Shown here: piece by piece, positions 12,078-26,195 of the stretch
Layout: every line of letters begins with the position of its first letter
How positions within the stretch are numbered: the first letter of the stretch is position 1
DNA from: the human T2T-CHM13v2.0 reference genome, Homo sapiens
Assembly: GCF_009914755.1 (NCBI RefSeq)
Contig: NC_060939.1
DNA: 64,000 bases
Direction: 5' to 3' (one strand)
Notes under the pieces: generated by a model
The model's database searches: none
What the model was told of the DNA's origin: nothing
What the model saw: the letters and a program-made list of their open reading frames with translations, nothing else
Made by a program: the position numbers and the translations under genes

Positions 12078-12667
12078 TGTAACCATAATAGGTCTGTTGC
12101 CTGATATGCATGGCAAGTAAATACCATGGCAATACCATGGCCAGACACCAGGTTGCAGCAGAGAAAGAGGTTTAACCGCAGGGCCTCCGAATGAGGAGCT
12201 GTGAGTAAACCTCCAATCCATCTCCCCGTGGAGTTTGGGGTTAGGATTTTTAAGTGTTTTGGAGTGGCCGGAAGTGTGGAGATAGGTCCACGAACTGTGA
12301 TTGGTTGAAGAGTACAGGATGAAGTCACGGGACAGGGAGATGAAGAAGCTCTATTCTCATGCTGATTCCACTCCTCTATGGGGTCTTCAAACTAGTTGGT
12401 GTCAGCTATTTCACTGGAATTCTGGATCTCAAAACACATCTTAAGCAATTCTTATGCAAAAGCCTTATGAATGTAAGATCAGAAATCCTATTTATCTAAA
12501 ACAAGTCTTATGATTCTAGTCTCAGAAATCCTGTCTATAGGAACAACAGGGAAGCAAATGGTCAGTATCTAGTTACAAGCAAGTGGGTCAAATTGCAGCC
12601 TGATTCGAGCTTAATTATAAATATATTTCTGTCTGGAATTCTTGTTAACCCTATGAGGATAGCTTCA
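12078..12667 (-). mobile_element. ERV1 solo LTR (LOR1-like)
   Basis: TG...CA ends. Reverse complement starts TGAAGCTATCCTCATAGGGTTAACAAGAATTCCAGACAGAAATAT. Confidence 0.7.
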
Positions 12668-12684
12668 GGATGGTTATTCAATGA

Positions 12685-13227
<543 letters not shown>

Positions 13228-14084
13228 GAATGTTACATTATTGTTGTTATAATTCCTGTTATCAGACAGGATGCTGTTGGAGTAGGTAGCACAAAATTCA
13301 GATAAAGGCATTGATGATCCTGCATTGAGTCCAGAGGTAGGATGTTCCAGGCACAGCTGGTTAAATCACAGCTATTTTTCATCATTCTGTTCTGAATCTC
13401 CAGGTCAGCAATTGTTTCCCCACCAGTAGAGCTGGCTTCACAACTCTAGATGTCATGTAGCCTCTAGCAAAGAAAGGGGAGGAGGCATTTCTAGCAAAGG
13501 AGACAGGAGGTGGCTGTTGGGGATGGAGTCAGTAGTGCATGATAACTCAGACTGGATTTATGGAGAAAAGAAAGACATATTGTGTGCACACAGACACACA
13601 TACAGACTCCACTCATGTATGTTTGGCTAACAGGCCATATCTAGATGCATTCCAGACATCATGGAACATAGTAGAAAGGTCACACCAGGGGACCACCCAC
13701 CTTGTACTGGGGCATTTCAAATGGTCTTATCTCTACCTAGGCCTCTCCATTGGATATCAAAGCCTTTGGCTGGGTTTAAACAGGTTAATAGGCTTTTGAG
13801 TAATTAGTGCTTTGAGGAAGCCGTAGGCTTTGATTCGTCAAATGCTGTGGCCTGTTCACTGTAAGCAGAATTTAATCTGTGAGCTACATCATGTGAAAAT
13901 AAAGCTGCCTAAAACCAAATACATTCAAATTGTGATGATAGTAATGCAAGCAGGCAGGCTTTTCTTGCATGGCTTGTGAAGTGGTTCTGAAGCAGAGGAG
14001 TTCCAGAAATCTTTTAAGCAACAGTGGTTTGAAGAAGATGACATCCATTTGGAGAGATGTACTGATATATGAAATCCCCCAGTT

Positions 14085-14280
14085 TAGGAATAAGACCTAG
14101 GTGTAACTCCTGGCTCCCACCTTTGTGTAACCTAGGACATGTTTTTTTCACTTCCCTGAAACTCAGTTTCGTGGTCTTTAAAATGAACACGATAATACCT
14201 ACTTTGGAGATTTAACAGGAGAGTAAGTTAGGTGAAAAGTTAAACTGCCTGGCCTAGTAGCTGGCACTGGGAAAGTGTTC
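14085..14280 (+). mobile_element. MIR
   Basis: CTTCCCTGAAACTCAGTTTC...AAAATG...ATAATACCTAC. Confidence 0.65.
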
Positions 14281-14281
14281 A

Positions 14282-14625
14282 TGTAGTGGATTCAACAGTG
14301 ACCCCTGAAAGATATGTCCACTGAGAACCTGTGAATATGACCTTATTTGGAAAAAGGGTCTTTGCAGATGTAATTAAGTTGAGGATCTTGAGATGAGATT
14401 ATCCTGGGTTGTCCCGATGGACCCTAAATTCAATGACAAGTGTTCTTTTAAGAGAAAGGCAAGGAAAGATGCATAAAGAAATGTTGACCTGTTTTTTCTC
14501 TACTAGTGTGGATAATTTGTTATTCTTTGAGCTCATCTGTGTTTTCCAATTTTCTACAATAAACTTGGTTTACTCGTGGAAAACACACACACACAAAAGA
14601 GGAGGCCATGTGACCCCAGAGGCAG
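14282..14625 (+). mobile_element. MLT1 (MLT1C/D-like) LTR fragment interrupted by a 112-bp insert
   Basis: GAACCTGTGAATATGACCTTATTTGGAAAAAGGGTCTTTGCAGATGTAATTAAG...GGAGGCCATGTGA. Confidence 0.8.
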
Positions 14626-16782
14626 TGAACGTTATATCCCTACTGTCTCCAGCAATAAGCACAGCACACGTTAGGCATTCATTTATTTCTTTTGTTTTTT
14701 TCTTTGTTTTGGTTTTTTAGTTGATTGGCAAAGCCAGTAACTGGTTCCAAGAACGAGTTAATATGATACTGCATGAGTCAGGACAGGCTTCCAAGCCACC
14801 TCCGTGTTTCAGTGACTTAAAATAACAAAGGACTATTTCTCACTAATGCTACCTGCCCAAGCAGGGTTGGGGATGAGGAGAGTTGGCTCCACGTCATCCT
14901 CACTCTGAGACCCAAAGGACAGGGGCTATACCTTCCCATTATTTTGGCTTCTCCCATAAGCCTGTTGGGTATGCAGAAAAGTGGGGGCTAAGGGACCCAG
15001 CATCAGCATTTAATGCTATGCCTGTCAAGTTACTTCTGCTGCATACAATGACCGGAACCACTGACATGGGAAATTCCAAGGCTCGATGAACCAGAATTAG
15101 AGGAGAGCTAGATATTGGGGAATATTAGAAATTCTACCACAGATATGGGTGCAATGGTCTCTTTGTGTCCACATTACAAACATCACAGAGAATCCAGTAT
15201 GAATTGAAGAAGAATGAAATGATCACAGGCCTGGGAGCCTTCTATCTGGTTGTTACAACCTAAATGTTGGTCCTGACCCATCCAACTCCACAATGTGGCT
15301 GCTATGGATTATAAGAAAGCACTATACATTATTGTCATTTTGTTTTTCTTTTTCTAGACAACCACTCCCCCCAACCACCAAGATTCATGGGAATTCAGGC
15401 CCCAAGAGCCCATTAACCTTAGAGGCTCCACAGGGTCCAGTCTAAAGAGCCCAGATCAATGAGATCAAGCAAACAGTTTCTCAGAAGTCTATAACAAAAA
15501 GCAGACAGCTGGCAGCCAGCGTGAGACACCAAGATTTGTCTTTGTGGACGGCTGGCAGGGGCCTGGGGGAGATGTCATTTTTTAACAGGCCTCAGAATAA
15601 AATGGATTTTTTACCTGCTGAAGGAGCTACCAGTTAGCAGACATTGCTCTTCCAGGAAAACAAATACACAGCTGGGATACTCATTTTTCTTCCATTATTA
15701 AATATTGTTGGCTTGGTTTTAAAAGATTTCAAATACGGCGGCTCTTTAAAATTCCCTGCCTGCCTCCCTTTCTTCCTCCCCTTCTTGTCTCCCTGCCCTT
15801 TGATGGAGTTTCAGCGCCCACATGCATGGCAACAACCGCTATTTCATCTTAAATTTCTATAGCAGAAAATGTAGGTCACTGATCTTAGAAGTGGCCTAGT
15901 TTCCTGGCTCTAAATAGAAATCTTTCCCCAGGTTGCGGCTTTTTTCTAGGTTAATGTCTAATAAAAGTATAACCTACTTAGCCAGGCCAAACAAACTGAG
16001 TTCTGACCTCCCGTCCACCCAGCTGCTGAATGGTTTTGCAGCTTTAGGATCGTCCAAGGCCACAGCTATCCTCAAAAAGCAGCTTGAGGGCCAGAACATG
16101 CCTCTGAGGTCACAGGTGGCAGAGCCTAAGAAGGAGAATGTGGCAGCTCTCACTCCACCTGGCAAAGCAAAGGTCCCGGGGGAACTAAGATGTGTTAGTT
16201 GCTCACCCACGCTGAGCACTTCTGTACATCTTCACATTTCATTTTGTCCGGGTTAGCTCAAGGTCGTTCTCCTTCCCCCTGCCTTTCCTTCCTCCCTTCC
16301 TTCCCCCTTCTTTCCTCCCTTTCCTTCCTTCCTTCCTTGCCTTTCTTATTTCCTTCCTTCCTTTTCTTTCTTCCTCCCTCTCTTCCTCCCTCCCTTTCCT
16401 CCTGCCCTTCCTTCCTTTTTCCCTCCATCCCTCCTTCCTTCCTTCTTCCCCTTCCTTCCTTTCTTCTTTCTTTCCTTCTTTTCTTTCTTCCTTCTTTTCT
16501 TTCTTTCTTCCTTTCTTTCTTCATTCTTTCCTTCCTTCCTCCCATCCTTCCTCCCTTCCTTCCTTCCTTTCTTTCTTTCTTCCTTTCTTTCTTCATTCTT
16601 TCCTTCCTTCCTCCCTTCATTCCTTCCTTTCTCTTTCTCTCTTTCTTCTTTCTTCTATTTTTAATGCACAAGTAAACCAAGTTTATTGTAGAAAATTGGA
16701 AAACACAGATGAGCTCAAAGAATAACAAATTATCCACACTACTAGAGAAAAAACAGGTCAACATTTCTTTATGCATCTTTCC
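14463..16782. repeat. 112-bp inverted repeat pair (14463-14574 and 16671-16782)
   Basis: Manual reverse-complement alignment gives 111/112 identity. Confidence 0.97.
16268..16657. repeat. Polypyrimidine (TTCC/TTTC)n low-complexity tract
   Basis: About 390 nt almost entirely C/T. Confidence 0.95.
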
Positions 16783-16959
16783 AGGTATTTGGCTATATGT
16801 ATATACTGACAATGACTTATGTTGAACAAAGTTTGGATCATAATAGTCTGTGGTCTAGTTTGCTCCCTTAACCTATACTGTCACGCTTTTTTCTGGTCAA
16901 TTTATGTATATGTGTGTGCATATGTAACCTTGAGAATTTTTTTTAAGAATTTTTAATTT

Positions 16960-17585
16960 AATTTTTTTCTTCAACTTTTATTTTAAATTCCTGGGTACAT
17001 GTGTAGGATATGCAAGTTTGTTACGTAGGTAAACATGTGCTATTGTGGTTTGCTGCACAGATCAACCCATCATCTAGGTATTAAGCCCAGCATGCATTAG
17101 CTATTCTTCCTGATGCTCTAACTTCTGCCAACCCCACCCCCAACAGGCCACAGTGTGTGTTGTTCCCCCCGCCATGCACTCATGTGTTCTCATCGTTCAG
17201 CTCCACTTATAAGTGAGAACATGTGGTATTTGGTTTTCTGTTCCTGTGTTAGTTTGCTGAGGATGACAGCTTCCAGCTCCATCCTTGTCCCTGAAAAGGA
17301 CATGATCTTGTTCTTTTTTATGGCTGCATAGTATTCCATGGTATATATGTGCCACATTTTCTTTATCCAGTCTATCGCTGATGGGCATTTGGTTTGATTC
17401 TATATCTTTGCTACTATGAATACCACTGCAAAGATATGCATGCATTTATCTTTGTAATAGAATGATTTATATTCCTTTGGATATGTAGCCAGTAATGGGA
17501 TTGCTGGGTCAAATGGTACTTCTGCTTCTAGATCTTTGAGGAATTGCCACACTGTCTTCCACAATGGTTGGACTGATTTACATTA
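16960..17585 (-). mobile_element. L1PA 3' fragment (about L1PA8-11)
   Basis: Antisense L1 3'UTR (GGTACATGTGTAGGATATGCAAGTTTGTTAC...CTTCCACAATGGTTG). Confidence 0.9.
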
Positions 17586-18620
17586 CCTTGGGATGTTTTT
17601 CTAAAATAACAAAATTATATAAAATAAATTGTAACCTGAAAGAGATAGCTCATCATTTTTTAAAGATTGTTTCATTTAGGGTTTTATAAAACAGCCAGGC
17701 AGGCAGCTAGTGGAACTTAGCCTGGGTGAGTGCCAGGTACATGGTGTTTTTTATAGTAAACATGAGGTCAGCCTCCTCAGCAGGGAGCACTGCAGGAGAA
17801 ACTGGCTCTCCTGCTGTTTCCAGTACCAGCTGGAGGTGGTGTGAGGGCATCTGGTGAACTTGTGTCCTTGCCTCTCCCCACTCTTCCACCCACCTGAAGT
17901 CCCTCTGTGACTCTGCAGCCTTGCTGGATGGACGATCACTTTTCTGCAGCCCCCTTAACATGGAAACCAAAGCCCATGCGTGGGTCACATGTTCCAAAAG
18001 TTCCAGCCCACTAGTGCCTGGTCTCTGTGTGCACACCCAGCCACTGCTGCTCCCTTCTCTGCACTTCAGACGGAGGCCCGTTTCTTATCCAGCAACTCCA
18101 GACCAAACAAGAAGACTCCATTGCTTCCCACTCCTTCACCTCTGAAGTCCTAACCCCTAGCAAGTTTTTCCTTCCTCGGGTAGGCGCCCTTAGTCACAGG
18201 GAGCCGTGACAAATTTGCTTATAAGTTACTCCTTTGTCATAACCATTCTTTATATTAGACTTTCTCTCTTTGATCTGCTGTGTAGTTTCTGTCTCCTGAT
18301 TGGACCTGGACTGCCACAGTCAGGCTCCTGACTCAGCTCTCTAACATTAGAGTTGCATGTGGCAAGCCACACGGCCCAAATTGGGCCCATTTATACCAAA
18401 TGGTGGTGGACCCAGACTTCATCTGCCCCAGCAAAATCTTACCTCCCACTCACAGTGCTCTGAAGGACACCCTGTAGGCCCCTCCTGGGCCAGCTCCTGG
18501 GTCACTGTGCAGCCCAGGGCCCCTCCTCCTGCACTTGCTCTCCAACTGCAGACTCAGCCTACCACAAAAACAGGTTCCTTGGCCCCTGACCTTTACATCT
18601 TGCTCAAAAGTGCTCATACT

Positions 18621-18886
<266 letters not shown>

Positions 18887-19857
18887 TCACCTCCTTCCAT
18901 GACTTCTTGAACTTTAGTGGCTCAGCCCTAGTCATCACTCCCGAAACAGCCTCCTGGATATCTCTGAATTTGACCCAAACTACAGCTGTGCAAGGAAAAG
19001 CAGGAGCTCTTCTCCTCCATTTAACATATGAGGAAACTGAGGTTCCAAGTTTCAATGCTGATTCACATGGAGAACAAATGGCATTTCCCAGAAGTGAATC
19101 TTCTGATGTCTAGCCCAGGGTACTGCTAACACATCACTGAATTTCTCTCTCTTATTGGGTGAGAAAAGCTTGTTTCTACACAGCTATAGGTGATCTAAAG
19201 TCACCTGGAGGGTTTGAACCTCAGTCTAAACAGGGCCTCCACATTTGGCTGCACAGGTTAAGCCCTGTTCAGCTGAGAGCTTCTGTAGGAGCTGAAATTC
19301 AGCCTGTGCCCTTCATGGTAAGCCACACACTGAACATAGGGCTGAATCAGCCCAGGGAAATGCATCATCTTGGCACTTGACCACCCATAAGAGGCATTTT
19401 TATGAAGTTTCCACAACCACATGGAACTATACTAGCAGCTGAGGTAGCCCAGGTTCAACGCCATTTGAGGGTATCCCTAGCTTTGGCTTTGGGCAGTGTA
19501 GACTCAACATTCTATGGGACTCCTGGGCAAGGTACCTGATGGGTGGGTGGCAAAACAGAGGGAAAAGAAGAGAAGTCCTTGCTATCAACCTAAGTCATTT
19601 GTTCCTACAAACATCCCTGATTCATGCTACATTCTGTCTGTCTCTCAGACATCTGTCCTTCCAAGTGCTCATGGATACACCCCTCTTGCTGGTATCTAAT
19701 GCTGTTGGCCCTGCAACTTTCTGTACTCCTTTCAAGCCAAGTTTGGGAGCACTGGAATCCCTCTGGTCCTCCCTGTGCCAGTGGAGCATGGACATCTCCC
19801 TAAAGCTGCATATCTTCATGGGCTCTGTGCAACCATTCCCCCTCCAACCTCTCTGGC

Positions 19858-20829
19858 TGTTATAGTTTGGACTTGTGTCCTCACCCAAATCTCATGTTGA
19901 ATTTTAATCCCCAATGTTGGAGGTGGGACGTGATGGGAGGTGATTAGATCACAGGGATGGTTTCTTATGAATGGGTGATATGGTTTGGCTGTGTCCCCAA
20001 CCAAATCTCATCTTGAATTTCCATGTGTTGTGGGAGGGACCAGTGGGAGGTAATTGAATCATGGGGGTGGATCTTTCCCATGCTGTTCTCATGACAGTGA
20101 ATAAGTCTCACGAGATCTGATGGTTTTAAAAAGAGGAGTTCCCCTACACAAACTCTCTCTCTCTCTTTGCATGCTGCCATCCATGTAAGAAGTGACTTGC
20201 TCCTCCTTGCCTTCTGTCATGATTGTTAGACCTCCCCAGCCACATGGAACTGTAAGTCCATTAAACCTCTCTTTCTTTTGTAAATTGCCCAGTATGTCTT
20301 TATCAGCAGAGTGAAAATGAACTAATACATTAAGTTAGTACCAGTAAAGAGTGGCATTGAAGAAAAGATACCCGAAAATGTGTAAGTGACTTTGGAACTG
20401 AGTAACAGGCAGAAGTTTGGAACACTTTGGAAGGCTCAGAAGAAGAAAGGAAAACGTGGGAAAATTTGGAGCTTCCTAGAGACTTGTTGGATGGCTTTGA
20501 CAAAAATGCTGATAGTGATATGGACAATAAGGTCCAGGCTGTGGTGGTCTCAGATGGAAATAAGGAACTTGTTGGGAGCTAAAGCAAAGGTGACTTCTGT
20601 TATGTTTTAGCGAAGAGACTGGTGGCATTTTGCCCCTGCCCTAGAGATTTGTGAAACTTTGAACTTGAGAAAAATGATTTAGGGTGTCTGGCCAAAGAAA
20701 TTTCTAAGCAGGTGCTTCCATGCTTCTTGTACAGCCCATGGAACAATGAGCCAATTAAACCTCTTTTCTTTATACATCACCCAGTCTCAGGTTATTTCTT
20801 TATAGCAATGCGAGAACTGGCTAACATAC
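19858..20829 (+). mobile_element. MST LTR containing a THE1 LTR (19976-20329) plus THE1-int (20330-20711), with a deletion junction
   Basis: Order is MST start, TGATATGGTTTGG THE1 LTR, internal GATACCCGAAAATGTG...TTTCTAAGCAG, then the MST 3' end. Confidence 0.85.
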
Positions 20830-23525
20830 TGCTTCCTCAGCAGGAAGAAGGGCACAGGAGCAGGATCCCTAGACAATCTGGATTTCCCTTCATCTCTCCT
20901 TCCTTCCCTGAGCCCAACCACATATTCTCTAGACTAGGTAGGATAAGCCTTACTCTTTCTTATCTTCCTCCAAAACGCTTTGTTCACTAGCAGGCTTTCA
21001 CTATGGGCTTCAGCTTTGGGAGGCTAAAATCCAGGGAGTTCCTCTTTATCTGGCTTTAAACCCTGTCCACACCCCTGGGGCAAAAGACCCAGAAAGGTCT
21101 GGCCACCTCAGTGGTGGAAAGAGTTAAGAAGAGATACAAGGAGGGTAAAAAACATAAAGCTTGGGAGTTCAGAAATATTATCACACTGCACAGTTTTACT
21201 GAAGTAACCATACCACAGAACGGAAAGTCTGTCTCTCCTGATGTGGTAGCAGCACAACCTGAAGGCTCTTGCCTCCAGTGCCTCCAGTGACAATCAAGTA
21301 CTGACCATCCCCACATCATGACTGAGTTGCTGGTTATCATGGTCAGTTCAAAACCTCATTCGGAATGATGTGAAGAGTACTGGTCAGTCTGTGTGAAGTG
21401 AGCAGATTAAGATATCCCCCTGTTATCTGAGACCTTCTGAAAAGCCCTTCATATAGTCAATAAATTTTTCCTAAGCCTCAGAAATGAGATGACTCCATGC
21501 TCAAAGAGAGACTAAGGAATTGTTTGAGAATCCAAGCAGAAACACCAGGACAATGTGTTGGGAACTCAGACACGGAGCCAAAGAAGAGACTGAAAACTTT
21601 GCTGCTTGGAAGTCCTGTAAAAGTCCTGTATCCTTTTCCCAGTCACATCCCCAGTTTACCTGCTGTGCCCACCACCACCAGAAAGAAGAAAACTAAGTCT
21701 AGCTGATACCACATCTAATGGAAGCATCAACCAGGTTGCCCTAAAATCGCTCCCTGAACGACAAAAATCAAATGTTGTGGGATGATGGAGGTTTCAGAGA
21801 TAGCTCCAAATGCAAAACTTCCCAGTGGAAAGTGCTCTGGACAGGTCAAAGGCAAATTCACTACCATAAAGTCCAGGAGACCCCAAATCTCTGAGGCTAA
21901 CACTGAAGGTACTCCATGAAAAACTCTCCCCACAGTGCCTGCACCAGGGAAACATCAGCCTCACCTCTCTGCTCCCCTGTCCTGCCAAACTTCAGTCTCT
22001 GCTCCCAAGAAAACTCCCAGCACCCCGATCAGGGAAGAGTGGAACACTTGTGCCTACTCTTCTGAAGGGACTGAAGTGAAACCCAGCTGGGTCATGCCAA
22101 CCCTTTAAGGATTCAGAAATAGCAACTCTTAGCAGTAGTCCAGCCTGTCCAGTCTGTAGCAGTGATTCTAACACACATCCTCCATTCTCACTGGCAGACA
22201 AGCCTTAGAGGATCAGAGGGACTGGGGAGTGTGCACTCTAACTTCTCCTGCACCATGTTGACCTCTGGCCACAAGTTAACTCAGGAGGAGACAAAGGACG
22301 CAGGCTGATCAGTCTGCAGAAATCCAAAGGACACTATTCAGAATCTTCAGAGTTTAGAATCCTTTACCACCAAACACCAACAGAGGAAAGAAGCTTCAGA
22401 AATGCTTAGACCCACTCGCCTTCCCTAATCTCTTGCTGAGCCTAGCGGTTTCCACCAGGAATTACAGGACATATTGCTTTGCGTGGTACGAGGGAGTTGT
22501 TTCAACAGGACTTTTCTTTTTAGGAATTTCAGGGCTGACATTCTAGCCAGTAGATTTAACATCAGCTTCACCCGCTATTAAGTCAGTTTCTTTAACCTGT
22601 TCTGAGCGATTGATTTCTTCACCTAAAAAGAGAATGGCCACATGGTAGCAGAAACTCATTTTCCACTTGTTTTGGCCCCAGTTTTGGCCCATATTACTAA
22701 AGTAGAGCCCAGACTCTGCATGCATTTTGCTGTGTCCACCCACAGCTTTCCAGAAGGCTCTCACTTCACCAAACATATGTCTACTTCTGGTTTGAAAGCA
22801 GGGGTGCCTCTTGGAGCTGCTGCAGAAGCCTCACAAGCTCCTCAGCTTGGCCTCCAAAGGACTCCAGGAAATACGTCCCATGCTTTGTGCAGTATTTGCG
22901 GTCATCCTTAGTGGGGAAACAAGATGTGGAGCTGTGGAGGAGTTATTAGTGTTTCTCGAGCTTGAATAATATATGTGTCCCCTTTGAAATGCATTTTTTT
23001 TCTTTTGGACTCCCCTAGTGTTGACCTATTTTTATTATTGTGTTAGTTGCAATCAAAAACTCAACACTGGCTTGAAAAAAAGAGGGGCAGGATATTCGGG
23101 TTCAAACAAATGAGCACCCCTGGGATGTATTAGCTATCAGGACGGTGCAGATAAGTTTTTAGCTCCCTTTTCTGTGACTCAGCACCGTGCTCCCCTTTCC
23201 AGCTTGTCCTGTCCCTGCCACACAATGGCTGCTAGGAGCACTAGGGGGCTCTGGGCTTGTTTTTGCTCATATCCATGAGGCAGAACCCTGTTGCCTACCC
23301 CTAAACCAGTCACTGAGGGCTGAGCAATGTCTGGAGGTGATCATCTTAGGCCAACACTTACATAACCAATCACTATGGCAAGGAGGAGCAGGGTCCCCCT
23401 GCTTGGTCTAGGCATCTAAGCCAATCATAGCCTATCCCTGCAGCTGGAGGTGTGCCATGCCCACCCAACCAAGCAGCTGCTACAGAGTTGGATGGAGAAA
23501 TATGGATGTTGGAGGACCAACCACC

Positions 23526-24070
23526 TGTCTATGTAATCACCATGTACTGGACTTTGGTGAGTCTGCACACAGGTGCATTCTTCAGCCTGTCTCTGCTCTG
23601 TTCTGTATCACCAGGGTGTTGTGTATGTGTGAATGTGTGTGCATGCACACATGTGTGCAGCAGAGAGGGTCTGATCCCTGCAGGCTGCATTTCCCAGTCT
23701 TCACATCGGCTGGCTTCTGCTGGATTAAGCCAATGGAGGCATTATTAAAGAAGTGGAGAGCAGGGGGATGGGAGAAGCTGGAGTATTTCTCCCCATCTCT
23801 GCCAGCCTCAGGCAGTTCCTCTGGAGACAGCTACATCTCCTGCAAGGCTCTAGCTCTCCCAGACAGGCCCTTCATTATGACCCCAGCTTCCGGGCTTTGT
23901 GTTTGTCCCTCCAGCCTAGGGGTGAGGTGGCTTCCTCCTATTGGCAGTCTCCTGAGTGTCTCGCCATCAGCAATCTCACCACCTGTGTAACCACTTCCTA
24001 GTGTTGAATTGCCTTTTTTTTTCCTAAATATTTAGAATGGTTTCTGTTTTTCTGGTGGAACTCTGTTACA
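23526..24070 (+). mobile_element. ERVL LTR (LTR33-like)
   Basis: CCCTGCAGGCTGCATTTCCCAG...AGCCAATGGAGGCA...GGTTTCTGTTTTTCTG. Confidence 0.6.
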
Positions 24071-24594
24071 CTCCTAAATATTACAAACATCAAACCAGGT
24101 ATAAACTCTGCATGCAAAGGACTCTTACAGAAGCGCAATAAAATTCAAAATAACATTAACTCAACATGATGGACCATACAGACTGCATTATTTGGCTGAA
24201 ACCAAATTCCCTCTTGAAATGTGCATGAGTCTGTCTATTATAGTGCAGGTTCTTTCTGAGCTCAGCAGGCTTATGCCACCAATGTTATACAACATGACTT
24301 GTTCCTTCCACTACTTTTCTCTAGTGAATTTCTGTAAAACTTTTATTCATAGACTATCAACATTGATTGCTGGCTTTCACATGCGAAAAAACATTGTAAA
24401 GATGAGCTCTCAAAACTCATAGCCCAACGTAGTTACAAGGTCATCATCCAGATGTTCCAAAATTTGTATCTATAATATTTTACTATTAAACTAAAAACAT
24501 GACATTTAAAAATGCTCAGTGAGAGAAACATGGATATGGTTTTCACACAGACAGCCATAAGTGGAGAAGATCCCTGGGCCAAATTTCACAGCTC

Positions 24595-24780
24595 CTGAAT
24601 TAACATTATTGTGTGCAGACTATGTGCCAGGGACACCCTAATTAATCCTAACGACAATCCTTCAAGGCAGGTATTATAATTTTCATTTTACAGATGAGGA
24701 AGCAAGCTCAAAGAAATTAAGTGACTTGCCTAAAGTCTCTAGAAGGAGGCAGAGGCTCACATTCTCAAATCCGTATTATG
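24595..24780 (-). mobile_element. MIR
   Basis: CATTTTACAGATGAGGAAGC...TTAAGTGACTTGCC. Confidence 0.75.
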
Positions 24781-24870
24781 CCTCTTCATTCACCTCATTT
24801 CCTCTTCTTTCCTATGGAGGAAGTTAAGTTGCAAAATCGATTCATTCATTCCATATTTATTCACACTCAC

Positions 24871-25236
24871 TGATATGGTTTGGCTGTGTGCCCACCCAAA
24901 TCTCATCTTGAATTGTAGTTCCCATAATCCCCACGTCACGGGAGGGACCCCGTGGAAGGTAATTGAATCATGGGGGTGGTTACCCCCATGCTGTTCTCAT
25001 GAGTGGGTCAGTTCTCATGGGATCTGATGGTTTTATAAGGGCTCCCCCCTCACTCTCCACTTCTCTCTCCTGCTGCCTTGTGAAGAAGGACATGTTTGCT
25101 TCCCCTTCCGCCATGATTGTAAGTTTCCTGAGACTTCACCAGCCATGCAGAACTGTGAGTCAATTAAACCTGTTTCCTTCATAAATTACCCAGTCTCAGG
25201 TGTTTCTTCATAGGAGTGTGAGAACAGACTAATACA
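24871..25236 (+). mobile_element. THE1 (C/D-like) solo LTR
   Basis: TGATATGGTTTGG...ACTAATACA. TSD CTCAC/CCCAC. Confidence 0.9.
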
Positions 25237-25619
25237 CCCACCATGTATCAGGCACTGTTCTAAGCACTAGATAAAACAGTAAGCAAAACAGACAAAAACC
25301 TGCCCAGTAAGGTTTACATTCTAGTGAAGCAATTGGAAAATAAACAACACTGATAAGTAAAACATGTGGTACACAGATACTGCCAAGGGTCAGGGAAGCT
25401 TGGAATGGGTAGGATGTTGTTGAGGAAGGGCTGGGATTTTAGATAGGGTAGTCAGGGAAGGCTTTTGAGCAAAGACCTGAAGGAAGTGAAGGAACAAGAC
25501 ATACAGACAGCTGGGAGCAGAATGTTTTGGGCAAAGGAGACAGCCAGTGCAAAGGGGAACATGCCTGGAGACCAATGTGGCTGGTGCAGAGAAAACTATG
25601 GGGTGCAGCAAGAGACAAA

Positions 25620-25987
25620 TGTATTAGTCTGTTCTCACACTGTTGATAAAGATATACCTGAGACTGGGCAATTTACAAAAGAAAGAGGTTTATCGGACTT
25701 ACAGTTCCACATGGCTGGGGAGGCTTCACAAATCATGGCAGAAGACAAGGAGGAGCAAGTCACATCTTACATGGATGACAGCAGGCAAGGAGAGAGCTTG
25801 TGCAGAGAGACTCCCACTTTTTAAAATCATCAGATCTCATGAGACTTATTCACTATCATGAGAACAGCATGGGAAAGACCCACCACCATGATTCAATCAT
25901 CTCCCACTGGGTCCCTCCCACAGTACGTGGGAATTATGGGAGTTACTAGATGAGATTTGGGTAGGGACATAGAGCCAAACCGTATCA
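25620..25987 (-). mobile_element. THE1B-like solo LTR
   Basis: TGTATTAGTC...CCGTATCA. TSD ACAAA/ACAAG. Confidence 0.9.
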
Positions 25988-26195
25988 ACAAGTCAGCGGG
26001 AGTGGAAAGTCAGACACACAGGGCCTGAAGGTCATGAAAGGACTCTGGCTTTCACTCCAAGCAAGACTCAATGCCACTGGAAGGTTCTGAGCAGGATCAC
26101 TCTGGCTATGTGGACAAGAGATTGTAAGAGCCAAGGATGGAAGCTGGAAGACCAGTTAGAAGGCCCTTGCAGTAAATCCAGGTAGGAGGGGATAG

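Noticed and set aside
16199-16812. Long ORFs of 158 aa (+) and 184 aa (-)
   Set aside because: They are translations of the (TTCC/TTTC)n tract, which lacks stop codons by composition.
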